Positions 9,607 to 19,187 of a DNA stretch of 64,000 bases are shown here, piece after piece. Position 1 is the first letter of the stretch. Each line of letters begins with the position of its first letter. The position numbers were made by a program, and so were the translations under genes. Source of the DNA: Bythopirellula sp. (GTDB lineage Bacteria; Planctomycetota; Planctomycetia; Pirellulales; Lacipirellulaceae). The DNA is taken from positions 1,728,001 through 1,792,000 of the forward strand of contig OZ244170.1 of the NCBI GenBank assembly GCA_965216565.1, given 5' to 3'. The notes beneath the pieces were generated by a model. That model made no database searches. It was given only the letters and a program-made list of their open reading frames with translations, and was not told the DNA's origin.

Positions 9607-11148
9607 ATGCCCACTGACCCAGTCAACGCTGAACAGTCTGCGTCGAGACTACGCACCGACACGCTTGCTACGAGCGTTGTGCTGTTGATGCTGGTGACAG
9701 TTATCCAACGGTCTGTGGGATTCGGCCGTGGCATTCTGTTCTGTCGCTGGCTCTCTCCCGAAACCCTTGGCGAATGGGAAATGGCACTTAGCTTTCTGCT
9801 GTTTGCCGCTCCCCTAGCGGTGCTCGGCGTGCCGGGATCTTTTGGCAGATACCTGGAACATTACCGACAACGCGGGCATTTACAGACGTTCCTCCAGCGT
9901 TCCGCCCTATGGACAGCCCTGTGGAGTTCGATCGGCGTGTTGGCCGTTATCCTGTTTGCTCCGCACATTTCTCAAATGTTGTTTGGCGTAAGCGACCGCA
10001 TTGCAATCGTATGGGGTATCGCCCTCTGTTTGGCGGGAGTGATACTACACCATTCCCTGGCCTCGCTTCTAACAGCCCTGTGTTTGATTCGTGTACTGTC
10101 TGTCGTGAATTTCTCACAGAGTTTGCTGTTTGCAGGATTAGCATTAGGGCTTCTACTGACCGACGCGAGTGTCGGCAGCATCCTCGCCGGATACGGTGCT
10201 GCCTGCTTGCTTGCTTCAGTTGGAGGGATTCTATGGATCTGGCCAGCGCTAAAAGAAATTGATCAACCGTCAGAAACTCTTCCGCAATTGGAGTTTTGGC
10301 CAAAGCTGTTGCGATTTGCGTTCTTTGTTTGGGTCACGAATCTGCTCACCCATCTGTTCGCCATTGTTGACCGCTACATGATCGTCCACTTCTCAGGACT
10401 CAGCCCCGCCGCGGCCCTCGATCAGGTTGGTCACTACCATAGCAGCCGCATTGTGCCACTATTGCTGGTTGCGATTGCCGACCTCCTAGGCGGACTAATC
10501 ATGCCGCATCTGAGCCGCGATTGGGAGGCGGGAAAGCAAGCGATTGTCGGTCGCAGCACCAACCTAAGTATTAAACTCACCGGACTAATAATGTTAGGGG
10601 TCGGCATTTGTATCCTGATCTTCGCTCCGTTCTTATTCGACATAGTACTTGAAGGAAAATACTCCGACGGCCTCTATGTATTGCCTTGGACCCTTACGGG
10701 ATGCGTGTGGTTTGCTCTCCATCTGGTGGCGCAAAACTACTTATGGTGTGCAGAGCGAGCCCGACTGGCGACAGTACCACTAGCCATCGGGCTAGTTGCG
10801 AACATTGGTTTGAATTTGGTGCTCCTGCCGCTTTGGGGCCTGCTCGGCGCGGTCGTGGCAACTGCCATTTCAACCGCCATCTGTCTCGCCGCGTTGCTGC
10901 TACTCAGTCGGAAGTTCGGAATGACAACGAATTTGGGGACTTGGATTATCCTGGTGTCGCCTCTTTCGCTGACAGGTTCTATCGCAGTGACAAGCGCAAT
11001 CTGGCTACTCCTAATAGTGGCCAGCTTAAAAACAGATTGGATTCTCGACGACCTTGAACGCGAACAACTTCGCACAGCGACTCACGAATTCCTGGCCAAA
11101 GTGAAACCTTACTTCCAACGATCGTCCCGCAAAGTCGTCCAGGCTTAG
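9607..11148 (+). CDS. Wzx/MOP-family polysaccharide flippase
   Basis: About 13-14 TM segments; LSPETLG, IVDRYMI, LNLVLLPLWGLLGAVVAT. Confidence 0.85.
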   Translation: MPTDPVNAEQSASRLRTDTLATSVVLLMLVTVIQRSVGFGRGILFCRWLSPETLGEWEMALSFLLFAAPLAVLGVPGSFGRYLEHYRQRGHLQTFLQRSALWTALWSSIGVLAVILFAPHISQMLFGVSDRIAIVWGIALCLAGVILHHSLASLLTALCLIRVLSVVNFSQSLLFAGLALGLLLTDASVGSILAGYGAACLLASVGGILWIWPALKEIDQPSETLPQLEFWPKLLRFAFFVWVTNLLTHLFAIVDRYMIVHFSGLSPAAALDQVGHYHSSRIVPLLLVAIADLLGGLIMPHLSRDWEAGKQAIVGRSTNLSIKLTGLIMLGVGICILIFAPFLFDIVLEGKYSDGLYVLPWTLTGCVWFALHLVAQNYLWCAERARLATVPLAIGLVANIGLNLVLLPLWGLLGAVVATAISTAICLAALLLLSRKFGMTTNLGTWIILVSPLSLTGSIAVTSAIWLLLIVASLKTDWILDDLEREQLRTATHEFLAKVKPYFQRSSRKVVQA

Positions 11149-11158
11149 AGAGGTACCA

Positions 11159-12361
11159 ATGGCAACTGCGCGAAAAACACAATCGAAAGAACCGTTACGC
11201 ATACTTTTCGTTACCACGAGCCTGCCGGTAGGTGGTGCGGAAACTCTATTAGCGAACCTCGTCCGTCGCATGGATCGCACCAGGTTTGCTCCGGAGATTG
11301 CCTGTTTGAAAGAGCGGGGGCCGCTTGGAGTCGAGCTGGCAAAAGAAATCCCGGTCTACTGCAACCTCATCCAACACAAGACAGACCTTTGGGTGCTACG
11401 ACGTTTGACGAAACTCATACGTTCGCGGAACATCCAGGCAGTAGTCACAGTTGGGGCGGGCGACAAGATGTTTTGGGGCCGTTTGGCTGCCAAGCTTGCC
11501 GGCGTACCGGTTATCCTTTCGGCATTGCACAGCACCGGTTGGCCCGACTCCATCGGCAAGCTCAACCGCCTGCTGACACCAATCACTGATGGCTTTATCG
11601 GCGTGGCCGACGCGCACGCCAAGCATTTAGTGGAGCGCGAGGGTTTTCCGAGTGAAAAAGTATTTACAATCTACAATGGCGTCGACGTCGACCGATTCGC
11701 CCCGCAAGACGGCTCTCCTGTGCGGCAGGAGCTCGGCATTCCGGCGGATGCTCTCGTGGTCACCCTATTGGCGGCTTTGCGGCCTGAAAAGAATCACGAA
11801 TTCTTTCTGAACGCCGCACGACGCATCAAACAGGCTCAACCCAAATCGCACTTTATTATCATCGGCGACGGCCCGAGGCGTGAAGAACTTGAGCAACTAA
11901 CCGAAAAACTGGCACTGCAAGATTGCACGCACTTTGTTGGCTCACGGTCCGACGTGCCAGAATTGCTTGCCGCGAGTAATGCGTTGGCCCTGACTTCTCA
12001 CAACGAAGCGAGTCCAGTCTCAATTCTCGAAGCGTTGAGTTGCGAAGTCCCCGTCGTATCGGCGGAGGTCGGCTCAGTCGCTGAAACCGTGATTCCCGGC
12101 AAAAACGGATTCCTATACGAATGCGGCGATATGCGTTCTTTCGTGTCCCACACGCTGAGAATCCTGAACGACCCCAAGCTTGGCGAAAAGTTAGGCAAAC
12201 AGGGCCGCGCATCCATCGAGGCGGGACGCTCACTCGCGGTGATGGTTGAAGGCTACGAAAAACTAATCGAAAACGTCTACTCTGCCAAGCACGCTGAGCA
12301 GCCCACCGCGGAACCGGTCGCAACAGGGACGAAGCGGGTCGCAGATTTTGGGGCAACCTAA
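11159..12361 (+). CDS. GT4 family glycosyltransferase
   Basis: GGAE, IYNGVD, LRPEKNH, EASPVSILEA (E-x7-E). Confidence 0.92.
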   Translation: MATARKTQSKEPLRILFVTTSLPVGGAETLLANLVRRMDRTRFAPEIACLKERGPLGVELAKEIPVYCNLIQHKTDLWVLRRLTKLIRSRNIQAVVTVGAGDKMFWGRLAAKLAGVPVILSALHSTGWPDSIGKLNRLLTPITDGFIGVADAHAKHLVEREGFPSEKVFTIYNGVDVDRFAPQDGSPVRQELGIPADALVVTLLAALRPEKNHEFFLNAARRIKQAQPKSHFIIIGDGPRREELEQLTEKLALQDCTHFVGSRSDVPELLAASNALALTSHNEASPVSILEALSCEVPVVSAEVGSVAETVIPGKNGFLYECGDMRSFVSHTLRILNDPKLGEKLGKQGRASIEAGRSLAVMVEGYEKLIENVYSAKHAEQPTAEPVATGTKRVADFGAT

Positions 12362-12566
12362 CGCCGTGTTTGGCAGTCTTCAACGCAAAACTGCCGCTAT
12401 CGCACGGCCCTTCACCCAGATAATATAGATAGGCTGGATACCATAGCGAGATCGGCGGGGAGAGTTCCAACATCGTTCTGCGGCGCGTTTCGACGTCGCT
12501 AGGGTTGGCCAACAGGCATGCCGCCCTCTTCCCTGGCCCCACTTCGAGTACGACTATCAAACAACT

Positions 12567-13169
12567 GTGATCACGGAAACACTCCTAACGCTGACGGCTC
12601 GATTCATTAGTGGGGTGAGCGTGCGCTGGGTGGAATCGCAGCCAGACATCTGTCAACGCGTCTATTTTGCCAATCACACTAGCCATTTGGATGTTGTCCT
12701 AGTTTGGTCGGCTTTGCCTACGAAAGTGCGACGGCTCACGCGTCCCATTGCTGCAAAGGACTATTGGATCAAGGGCCCCATCCGCCGCTACTTGGCAAGT
12801 GTATTCAACGCGATGCTAATCGACCGCAAAGAAATCAAGGTCCACCAAAGCCCCGTGGATCTGATGCTCAAGGAAATCGGCTCCACCCATTCGTTGATTC
12901 TGTTTCCCGAAGGGGGACGAAGAGAAGGGGATGATGTTGGGGAATTCAAGAGTGGCTTGTACTATTTGAGCAAGAAGTGTCCGGAACTGGAACTCATTCC
13001 TGTGCACATCAACAACATGAACCGCATCCTGCCTCGTGGGGAAGTGTTGCCCGTGCCCTTGCTATCGTCGATCACGTTTGGGCCGCCTATTTGGCTCGAA
13101 ACTGGCGAACCCAAAACGGAATTTTTGAAACGCGCCCGCGAAGCAGTCCTTAGTCTTCAAGAACGATAG
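12567..13169 (+). CDS. Lysophospholipid acyltransferase (PlsC family)
   Basis: FANHTSHLD (HxxxxD) and FPEG motifs. Confidence 0.9.
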   Translation: MITETLLTLTARFISGVSVRWVESQPDICQRVYFANHTSHLDVVLVWSALPTKVRRLTRPIAAKDYWIKGPIRRYLASVFNAMLIDRKEIKVHQSPVDLMLKEIGSTHSLILFPEGGRREGDDVGEFKSGLYYLSKKCPELELIPVHINNMNRILPRGEVLPVPLLSSITFGPPIWLETGEPKTEFLKRAREAVLSLQER

Positions 13170-13186
13170 GCATCGAGAATCAAGGC

Positions 13187-14152
13187 ATGACCTACGACAT
13201 CAAAGACTGGGCTTCACTAGGAACCGTGCTAGCGCTACTGGCACTGGCAACTTTTGTGGGGCAGTGGCTGCGTCGCCAGAGTTCGCTGCAACTTGACGAT
13301 CGCTCGGTAAGCACGTTCAATAGCCGCGTTCAAGCCTGGTGGGCTTCAAGCGTGTTGATCGGCATAGCTTTCTTTTTCCCAACTCTGGCGGTAGTGTTGT
13401 TCGGCCTGCTCTCTTTTTGGGCATTGAGAGAGTTCATCACCTTTACCAACACTCGCTCTGGCGACCACCGCGCTCTCTTCTGGGTATTTTGCTTTTTCAC
13501 GCCCATGCAATTTGTGCTCGTGGCCCACGAGAACTATGCGTTTTACAGCATCCTGATTCCCGTCTACGCGTTCCTGTTTATTGCAGCTCGAGTCGCGATC
13601 TCGGGAGATTTCACGCACTTCCTAGAGCGCGTCGCCAAGATCCAGTTTGGCTTGCTGATCTGCGTCTACTGCCTCAGCTTTGCCCCAGCCTTGTTATTCT
13701 TGAATTGCAGGAACGTTGCTCCCGAAGACACCGCGGCCGGTGCTCGGCTGCTGCTCTTTTTTGTCACTTTAGTGCTCTTTTCCGAAATGGCTCAATTCAT
13801 CTTCAGCCGCATTTTCGGCAAGCATGTGATTGCCGAAACCATCGACGACGATCGCACCTGGGAAGGCGTGCTGGCTGGCGCAGGCGCTACCGCGGTGGCA
13901 GGCATCTCCCTGCAATGGGCCACCCCCTTCACGCACTGGTGGCAGGCCGGCGTGATGTCGGTACTGATCGCGGCCATGGCCTCCGCCGGTGCACTCACGA
14001 TGGCTGCTATTAAGCGAGACCGCGGCGAAGTCACCTCCGGCGCGCTCATCGAGAGCAGTGGCGGCGTGCTCAGCCGCATCGATGCGGTTTGCTTTGCCGC
14101 CCCCGTGTTCTACCACGTGACTGCCTACTTTTTCGGCGTCGGCGGAAACTAA
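13187..14152 (+). CDS. Phosphatidate cytidylyltransferase family (YnbB/CdsA-like) with degenerate catalytic motifs
   Basis: RVQAWW, SFWALREF, FGKH..A....RTWEG, AIKRDRG...GGVLSRID; multi-TM. Confidence 0.8.
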   Translation: MTYDIKDWASLGTVLALLALATFVGQWLRRQSSLQLDDRSVSTFNSRVQAWWASSVLIGIAFFFPTLAVVLFGLLSFWALREFITFTNTRSGDHRALFWVFCFFTPMQFVLVAHENYAFYSILIPVYAFLFIAARVAISGDFTHFLERVAKIQFGLLICVYCLSFAPALLFLNCRNVAPEDTAAGARLLLFFVTLVLFSEMAQFIFSRIFGKHVIAETIDDDRTWEGVLAGAGATAVAGISLQWATPFTHWWQAGVMSVLIAAMASAGALTMAAIKRDRGEVTSGALIESSGGVLSRIDAVCFAAPVFYHVTAYFFGVGGN

Positions 14153-14154
14153 TT

Positions 14155-14646
14155 CTAAATCAGAATTGGTTTGCCCAACGCCCTGCGCACTGGCACAAAC
14201 TGTCCCGCGTGCATCATTTGGTGCGTGGCTATCAATATCAGAACATGCCCCACGGTGGGAAACATCTGCCGAAAGTGTTCAGGCGCAGGTTGTTGCAAAT
14301 CGCTGTCGTCCATCTTGTCGATGGCAGCAAACGTCGCGGCCTGCACCTTTTCCATCAAGTCCAAGTATTCTTGCTTGGAACAAAACTTGGCAGGGTCGTC
14401 CTCGCCTACGGTTTCCTTTGTGTGCTTTTCGGCAAAGCCCGCTGGCAACTCGGCGGCTGCGCCAGGTTGGATTGAGTTCAGCAAGTCACATTCCGACGAA
14501 ATCAGGTGCCCCAACTGCCAGGCGAGGTGATTGCATCCCTCGACGGGTCGCCGCATCAACTCGGCATCTTCCAAGTCGCCCACGTAACTCTTCAAAATCA
14601 TGGAACTCACACCGGAAGTTGCCTTAATGGTTTCTTTTGCGTTCAT
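14155..14646 (-). CDS. DinB-family protein
   Basis: NHLAWQLGHL and THQMMHAGQ metal-binding His pattern. Confidence 0.85.
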   Translation of the reverse strand: MNAKETIKATSGVSSMILKSYVGDLEDAELMRRPVEGCNHLAWQLGHLISSECDLLNSIQPGAAAELPAGFAEKHTKETVGEDDPAKFCSKQEYLDLMEKVQAATFAAIDKMDDSDLQQPAPEHFRQMFPTVGHVLILIATHQMMHAGQFVPVRRALGKPILI

Positions 14647-15026
14647 CGCAAGCCTCTCTGCTAGATTCAGTTCACAAGAAATTCACTATCTCTGAGCTTA
14701 TTAAATTACCAGTCGCTGGATAGCCTTACTGTGCGAATCGCCACATTTGAGCTGTTCACGACCGCTCCTCAATGGATCGGCGGGTTGCGCTGATTTCGGC
14801 ACGGTTGGGCTCATTATTCCAATTGCACAGGCAAGAATCGGCGGCAATTCCCATTGTTCGGCAAGCCGTATTCCTCGCCGGAACGGCGGAAAAAGCTAGA
14901 TTTTACAAGCTCCGGCAAACATCCCTGCGGGAGCACTTTTCAGAATCACTTTTCACTAATTCTTCGTCACCAATCTCGCATGGTTGCTTCCCCCTAATGG
15001 GGTGCGCTGTGTCGACGCACTTTTTG

Positions 15027-17804
15027 ATGGCACTCAGTCCAATTTCACCTGCGCTGCCCGCTTCGGCGTCGCAGCTATTGCTAGAGAACGTCAACTTCGG
15101 GCTCCGCGCACGGATTGCACCGACCGCTGGTTCTGCGCTTCCAGTTTCGCCCCCACCGGCCGCGCTGCGAAGAATCGAACAGCTCGTGGGTCGGCTGCAA
15201 AACGAGATTATCACCGGTGCCGATCGGGACCGCAGATCGTCTCAGCAAAGCGTCGATCGTACGTTGGCCGAAATTGGCAAGCTCGTGGGCAGCCCACTTT
15301 CGTTGGGGGGAGCGCGGAACGCTGTCCTCACTGGCCTGAATTCGAAACAAATCACCGGCTACGAAATCCGCAAACTTCGCCCTAATGCGTCGGAGTCTAT
15401 TAAGGGCTCAATCAGCCGCTCGCAACGCGCTGCCCTGGTAGATCTGGGCGATATCCAAGACCTTCTGGCAAGCGGTGGGTCTCTGGACCTCAACACTTCC
15501 GGTCGCACTCAATCGATAGAGTTCCAATCGGGTGAGTCGCTCAGCAATCTCGTGAGACGTATCAATCGATCCGCCACACTCGGGGTCACGGCCCAAGCCC
15601 ATGGCAGTTCTCTGTTGCTCTCCAGTAGAAATCGTGGGGCGGCAGCTTCGCTTTCTGTTACCACCAATCAATCCATTGCGAGTGCGGAGATTGGTCCGAT
15701 CGAGATTAGCGGGCTCAACGGTGCTCAGATTACCGCGCTTGATACCAGCGCACTCACCGCCGGCGTTCCAATCACGGTCTCAGGATCGAGAGACACACTG
15801 GCTAGTGAGGCGCTGCTTACTTACGAAGGCAGTTTGGGATCGGTGGCTGCGGGGACCGCTTCGTTTCAATTGACTGGCCCCCTCGGCTCAGCCAACTTGA
15901 GCGTCACCCAGGGCGAGTCGCTGCAAGATTTTGCCACCAGAATCAATGATGAATCGAACACAACCGGCGTCGAAGCCGAGGTGATTGGCAATAACTTAGC
16001 AATTCGATCCCTCGACAAGGGCGCAAGTGCCTCGATCGCCATCGACAACATTTCGCCCGATACGAATATCGACGTCACCGGTACCAATGCCAGCCAGGTG
16101 GCAGCGTTTAACGTGTTGTCCTTTCCAGACGAAACCCAGCTCACTTTGTCGGGAACCGTCACGCAGGCTGCCGACACCGCCAGCCAAATCTATCACGGTT
16201 CCGCAGGCGGTTTTGTTGAGGACACGGCAGTTTTTACGCTCGGGGGAACTTTGGGAACGGCTCAAATCTCCATTACTCAGGGCGAATCGCTATCGGACGT
16301 TGCCCAACGCGTCAACGACGAAACCGCCACAACCGGAGTGACCGCGACCACTAGCGGCGACGACCTGATCTTGGAAAGCGCGGAGGTTGGCTCCACCGAA
16401 TCCGTTCAGGTCACGCTCGACAGCGTCGCTCAAGACATATCGGTCGACGGAGTCAACGGCAGTCAGGTCTCCAACTTTCAAGTGGTGTCGGCACAGCCCG
16501 ACTCGGTGAACAACCTGGTAAGTTCTGTTACCCAGACGGCTACGCAAGGGGAGTTGACCTATACGGGCCTCCTTAATGCTGCGACATCCAGTTCGAATTT
16601 CACTCTAACAGGAGAACTTGGCAACACCACAATTTCTGTAGCTTCTCTCGAATCTCTCACATCGGTGCGTGACAAAATCAATGCTGAGTCAGGAACTACC
16701 GGGATTTCCGCTACGGCCAGTGGCGATACTCTCACGTTGACAAGTACTGGCTACGGCAGTGCTGCGATTGTTGAAGTGGATGTCAACTCAGGAAGTTTCG
16801 ACACATCCGGTGGCGATGGCAACGGAAATGCCGCCGGAATCGATGCGGAACTAAATATCAACGGCAATACAGTGACTGCCGCCGGCCATGACGTTTCCTA
16901 TACCGACTCTTTAGGTAGCTACACATTTACGATTGCCACGGGGCTAACTGGCAGTTTGGATACTATCACCGTCACATCGGCCAACGGCACGTTCGACGTC
17001 ACCGGCGGAGATGGTTCTGGGCAGGCGTTGGGACAGAATGCCGAAGCCACCATCAATGGCCAGACGTTCGTGGCTAACGCCAATGATTTCTCATTGAACC
17101 TTAGTGGCGCTCAGTTCGCGCTCACCTTGGTCGAAGGGTTTTCTGGAGCGTTGGACCCGATCACGGTGGGGTCGACCTTCCACGACTTCACGATCTCGGG
17201 CGGCAACGGCGATGAGACAGCCGATGGGCTCGATGGCACGGCCACCATCGACGGCGTGGCCCTTTCCAGTGCCAGCGACACCTTTGTGGCTAACACGGCC
17301 GCTGGCTCACTGACCATCACTTTCGAAGAGAGTTTCCTCGGTGCGATCGATCCAATTTCGATCAGCTACGAAACATTAACCGCCAGTGGTGGCACTACGG
17401 AGAGCTTTCAAGCCTCGGGCTCTGACGCCGAAATCGTGGTGAATGGCAATACTGCCAGCGCAGACGGGGGAGGTTTTGTTTATCACACTGACGGCGTCGA
17501 AATCGCGTTGCAGTTCGCCAAGGGCTTCCAGGGCGAATTCGATCCCTTCACCATCTCTGCAGGCGGCACCATCGACGTAGCCACGGAGTTTGCCACACTG
17601 ACGGGCTCCCTGCGCACCGCAGCAAGATCAGCCGTGGCAAACCTATTCTCACTGGCGGCCGGTGGAGAAAATGCCAACGCAGGCACAAGCCGTGCGCTGA
17701 ACATCGCCCAAGATTCTTTACAATCCTTGCGGGAACTCCAGGGCACCTCCGCCAGTTCGGGCCGACGGTCACTTACCGGCAGCATCCTCGACGCGATCGT
17801 GTAA
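15027..17804 (+). CDS. Flagellin-derived protein with nested repeats (flagellin hook-IN-like), lacking D0 termini
   Basis: D1-like N and C helices; four ~123-aa repeats (GESL...RIN...TGV.A...G..L.L.S..G) then four ~65-aa repeats (G.DA...ING); probable start ATG 15027 (ORF open from 14772). Confidence 0.7.
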   Translation: MALSPISPALPASASQLLLENVNFGLRARIAPTAGSALPVSPPPAALRRIEQLVGRLQNEIITGADRDRRSSQQSVDRTLAEIGKLVGSPLSLGGARNAVLTGLNSKQITGYEIRKLRPNASESIKGSISRSQRAALVDLGDIQDLLASGGSLDLNTSGRTQSIEFQSGESLSNLVRRINRSATLGVTAQAHGSSLLLSSRNRGAAASLSVTTNQSIASAEIGPIEISGLNGAQITALDTSALTAGVPITVSGSRDTLASEALLTYEGSLGSVAAGTASFQLTGPLGSANLSVTQGESLQDFATRINDESNTTGVEAEVIGNNLAIRSLDKGASASIAIDNISPDTNIDVTGTNASQVAAFNVLSFPDETQLTLSGTVTQAADTASQIYHGSAGGFVEDTAVFTLGGTLGTAQISITQGESLSDVAQRVNDETATTGVTATTSGDDLILESAEVGSTESVQVTLDSVAQDISVDGVNGSQVSNFQVVSAQPDSVNNLVSSVTQTATQGELTYTGLLNAATSSSNFTLTGELGNTTISVASLESLTSVRDKINAESGTTGISATASGDTLTLTSTGYGSAAIVEVDVNSGSFDTSGGDGNGNAAGIDAELNINGNTVTAAGHDVSYTDSLGSYTFTIATGLTGSLDTITVTSANGTFDVTGGDGSGQALGQNAEATINGQTFVANANDFSLNLSGAQFALTLVEGFSGALDPITVGSTFHDFTISGGNGDETADGLDGTATIDGVALSSASDTFVANTAAGSLTITFEESFLGAIDPISISYETLTASGGTTESFQASGSDAEIVVNGNTASADGGGFVYHTDGVEIALQFAKGFQGEFDPFTISAGGTIDVATEFATLTGSLRTAARSAVANLFSLAAGGENANAGTSRALNIAQDSLQSLRELQGTSASSGRRSLTGSILDAIV

Positions 17805-17880
17805 AAATCCCAGCTAAGTGCCCAACTGCCTGCCCGCTTGCGGCGTCAACTCAACTTTGCTGACTGACGACTCGTCCGAA

Positions 17881-18882
17881 TCAGCGGAGAATCGTGCCCG
17901 TGGCCTTCGAGGCATCGTAAATGCTACGTGTGGGAGGACTACCCGCTGGCCATTCGCGCGGAGCGTTCGCTGCAGGCGTCGGCCCCACTTCACGGGAACT
18001 ATTCTGGTAGGCACTACTCGACTGAGGATCCTGTCCTCTTACAACCGGCCGCGAAATTGGGCGGATTTGGGTATTGTTCGAAGCAACCAGCACATCACCC
18101 CGACCAGTTTGAGGGCTTAGTGCCGGTCGACCCTGGCGAATCCAACCCATCCAAGAGTTTTGCAGCGTTAGCAAATCGCGATAGCCGTACTGCTCCGAGA
18201 TGGCCCGCGGCCAATTGCTATCTTGCAGACCGTTTTCCAGAAAGGCTAGAAACTCTCGCTTGCCTCGCTGATCAATAAGGTATTGCGCGAGCGAATGACC
18301 CTGGGCATACAAAGGCAACACGTCGCGCGGATATTCCTTCATGGCAAACATATTACTAAAGGGTATGCCCCGACGGGTTTTCAAAAACTCGATTAGCATG
18401 TTCTCCTGTTTGGAGATTTCGCTGACGTGCTCGACGGTGGTACAGGCACCTTCATCCGCCCAACGTGGAATTGGTTGGCGAAAGTGACTCGCGAAAATCG
18501 TATGAGTCACCTCATGCGGAACCACGGAGTCGAGCACTCGCTCGCGCGATCCTTGAATTTCCATCCGCCATCCGAAGACTTCTCCTTGGTCGAACACAAA
18601 ACTCGTTGCTCCGCCCGCTCCTAAGCCTGGAGCTACCTTAGCTTTGATGGGGCAGGGGCGTGACCAATTGGGCAGTTCTTTGCCGAGCCATTCAAGAGCC
18701 AACTCGCGTCGGCACTTCTCGGCCTGGTCACCGATTTCCTTCGCAAGCTGGGGCGTGGGGGCATCAACCGTAAAATTGGTTGTGCGATAGCCGGCCGCAA
18801 AGAGGGACAGGGGGCAACAAGCAGTCGCCAGAAACAGTGCGGCGCAGGCGCGGCGCACTGACGTTTGATTTCGAGCTTCCAT
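17881..18882 (-). CDS. Secreted gluzincin/peptidase-MA-like protein
   Basis: Signal peptide; PHEVTH followed by PRWADEG; low-complexity tail. Confidence 0.7.
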   Translation of the reverse strand: MEARNQTSVRRACAALFLATACCPLSLFAAGYRTTNFTVDAPTPQLAKEIGDQAEKCRRELALEWLGKELPNWSRPCPIKAKVAPGLGAGGATSFVFDQGEVFGWRMEIQGSRERVLDSVVPHEVTHTIFASHFRQPIPRWADEGACTTVEHVSEISKQENMLIEFLKTRRGIPFSNMFAMKEYPRDVLPLYAQGHSLAQYLIDQRGKREFLAFLENGLQDSNWPRAISEQYGYRDLLTLQNSWMGWIRQGRPALSPQTGRGDVLVASNNTQIRPISRPVVRGQDPQSSSAYQNSSREVGPTPAANAPREWPAGSPPTRSIYDASKATGTILR

Positions 18883-19187
18883 GCTCTCACCTTTTTTGTT
18901 GTGGGACGATCCTTGTCCTCACACGAGCCACTCTCTCAAGCAGTTCGCGTACTGGGTCTCGATGGGAGCAAACGATGGACCATTCGTGGCCCACTCGCTG
19001 TCGCACTTCACCAACGGGAATCTTAGGCGTCAATCGCGGGGAACGACGGACGATTGCGATTGGTAAGTCGCGAACATCGCTGCCAAATCGATTGCAGAAT
19101 TTACCAACCTTTGCAGAGAATCTGAAAGATCGATTTCGAAAGAATTACGGAGCGCACTGCTAGCACTTTGAGTGCAGGCAGAACAGC

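Noticed and set aside
9081..14116. Long antisense or alternate-frame ORFs (e.g. 9081-9734, 11859-12560, 13339-14013)
   Set aside because: They are shadows of well-supported genes in GC-rich DNA and have no independent motifs. The same applies to similar ORFs across the window.
14772..15026. N-terminal 85 aa of the 1010-aa ORF
   Set aside because: The composition looks non-coding or promoter-like, so ATG 15027 is preferred. The true start remains uncertain.
15027..17804. Canonical flagellin fliC or hook cap fliD
   Set aside because: The conserved flagellin termini (INTN..., RLSSG.RIN, S.I.DAD.A.E) are absent and no FliD termini are recognisable, so no gene symbol was assigned.
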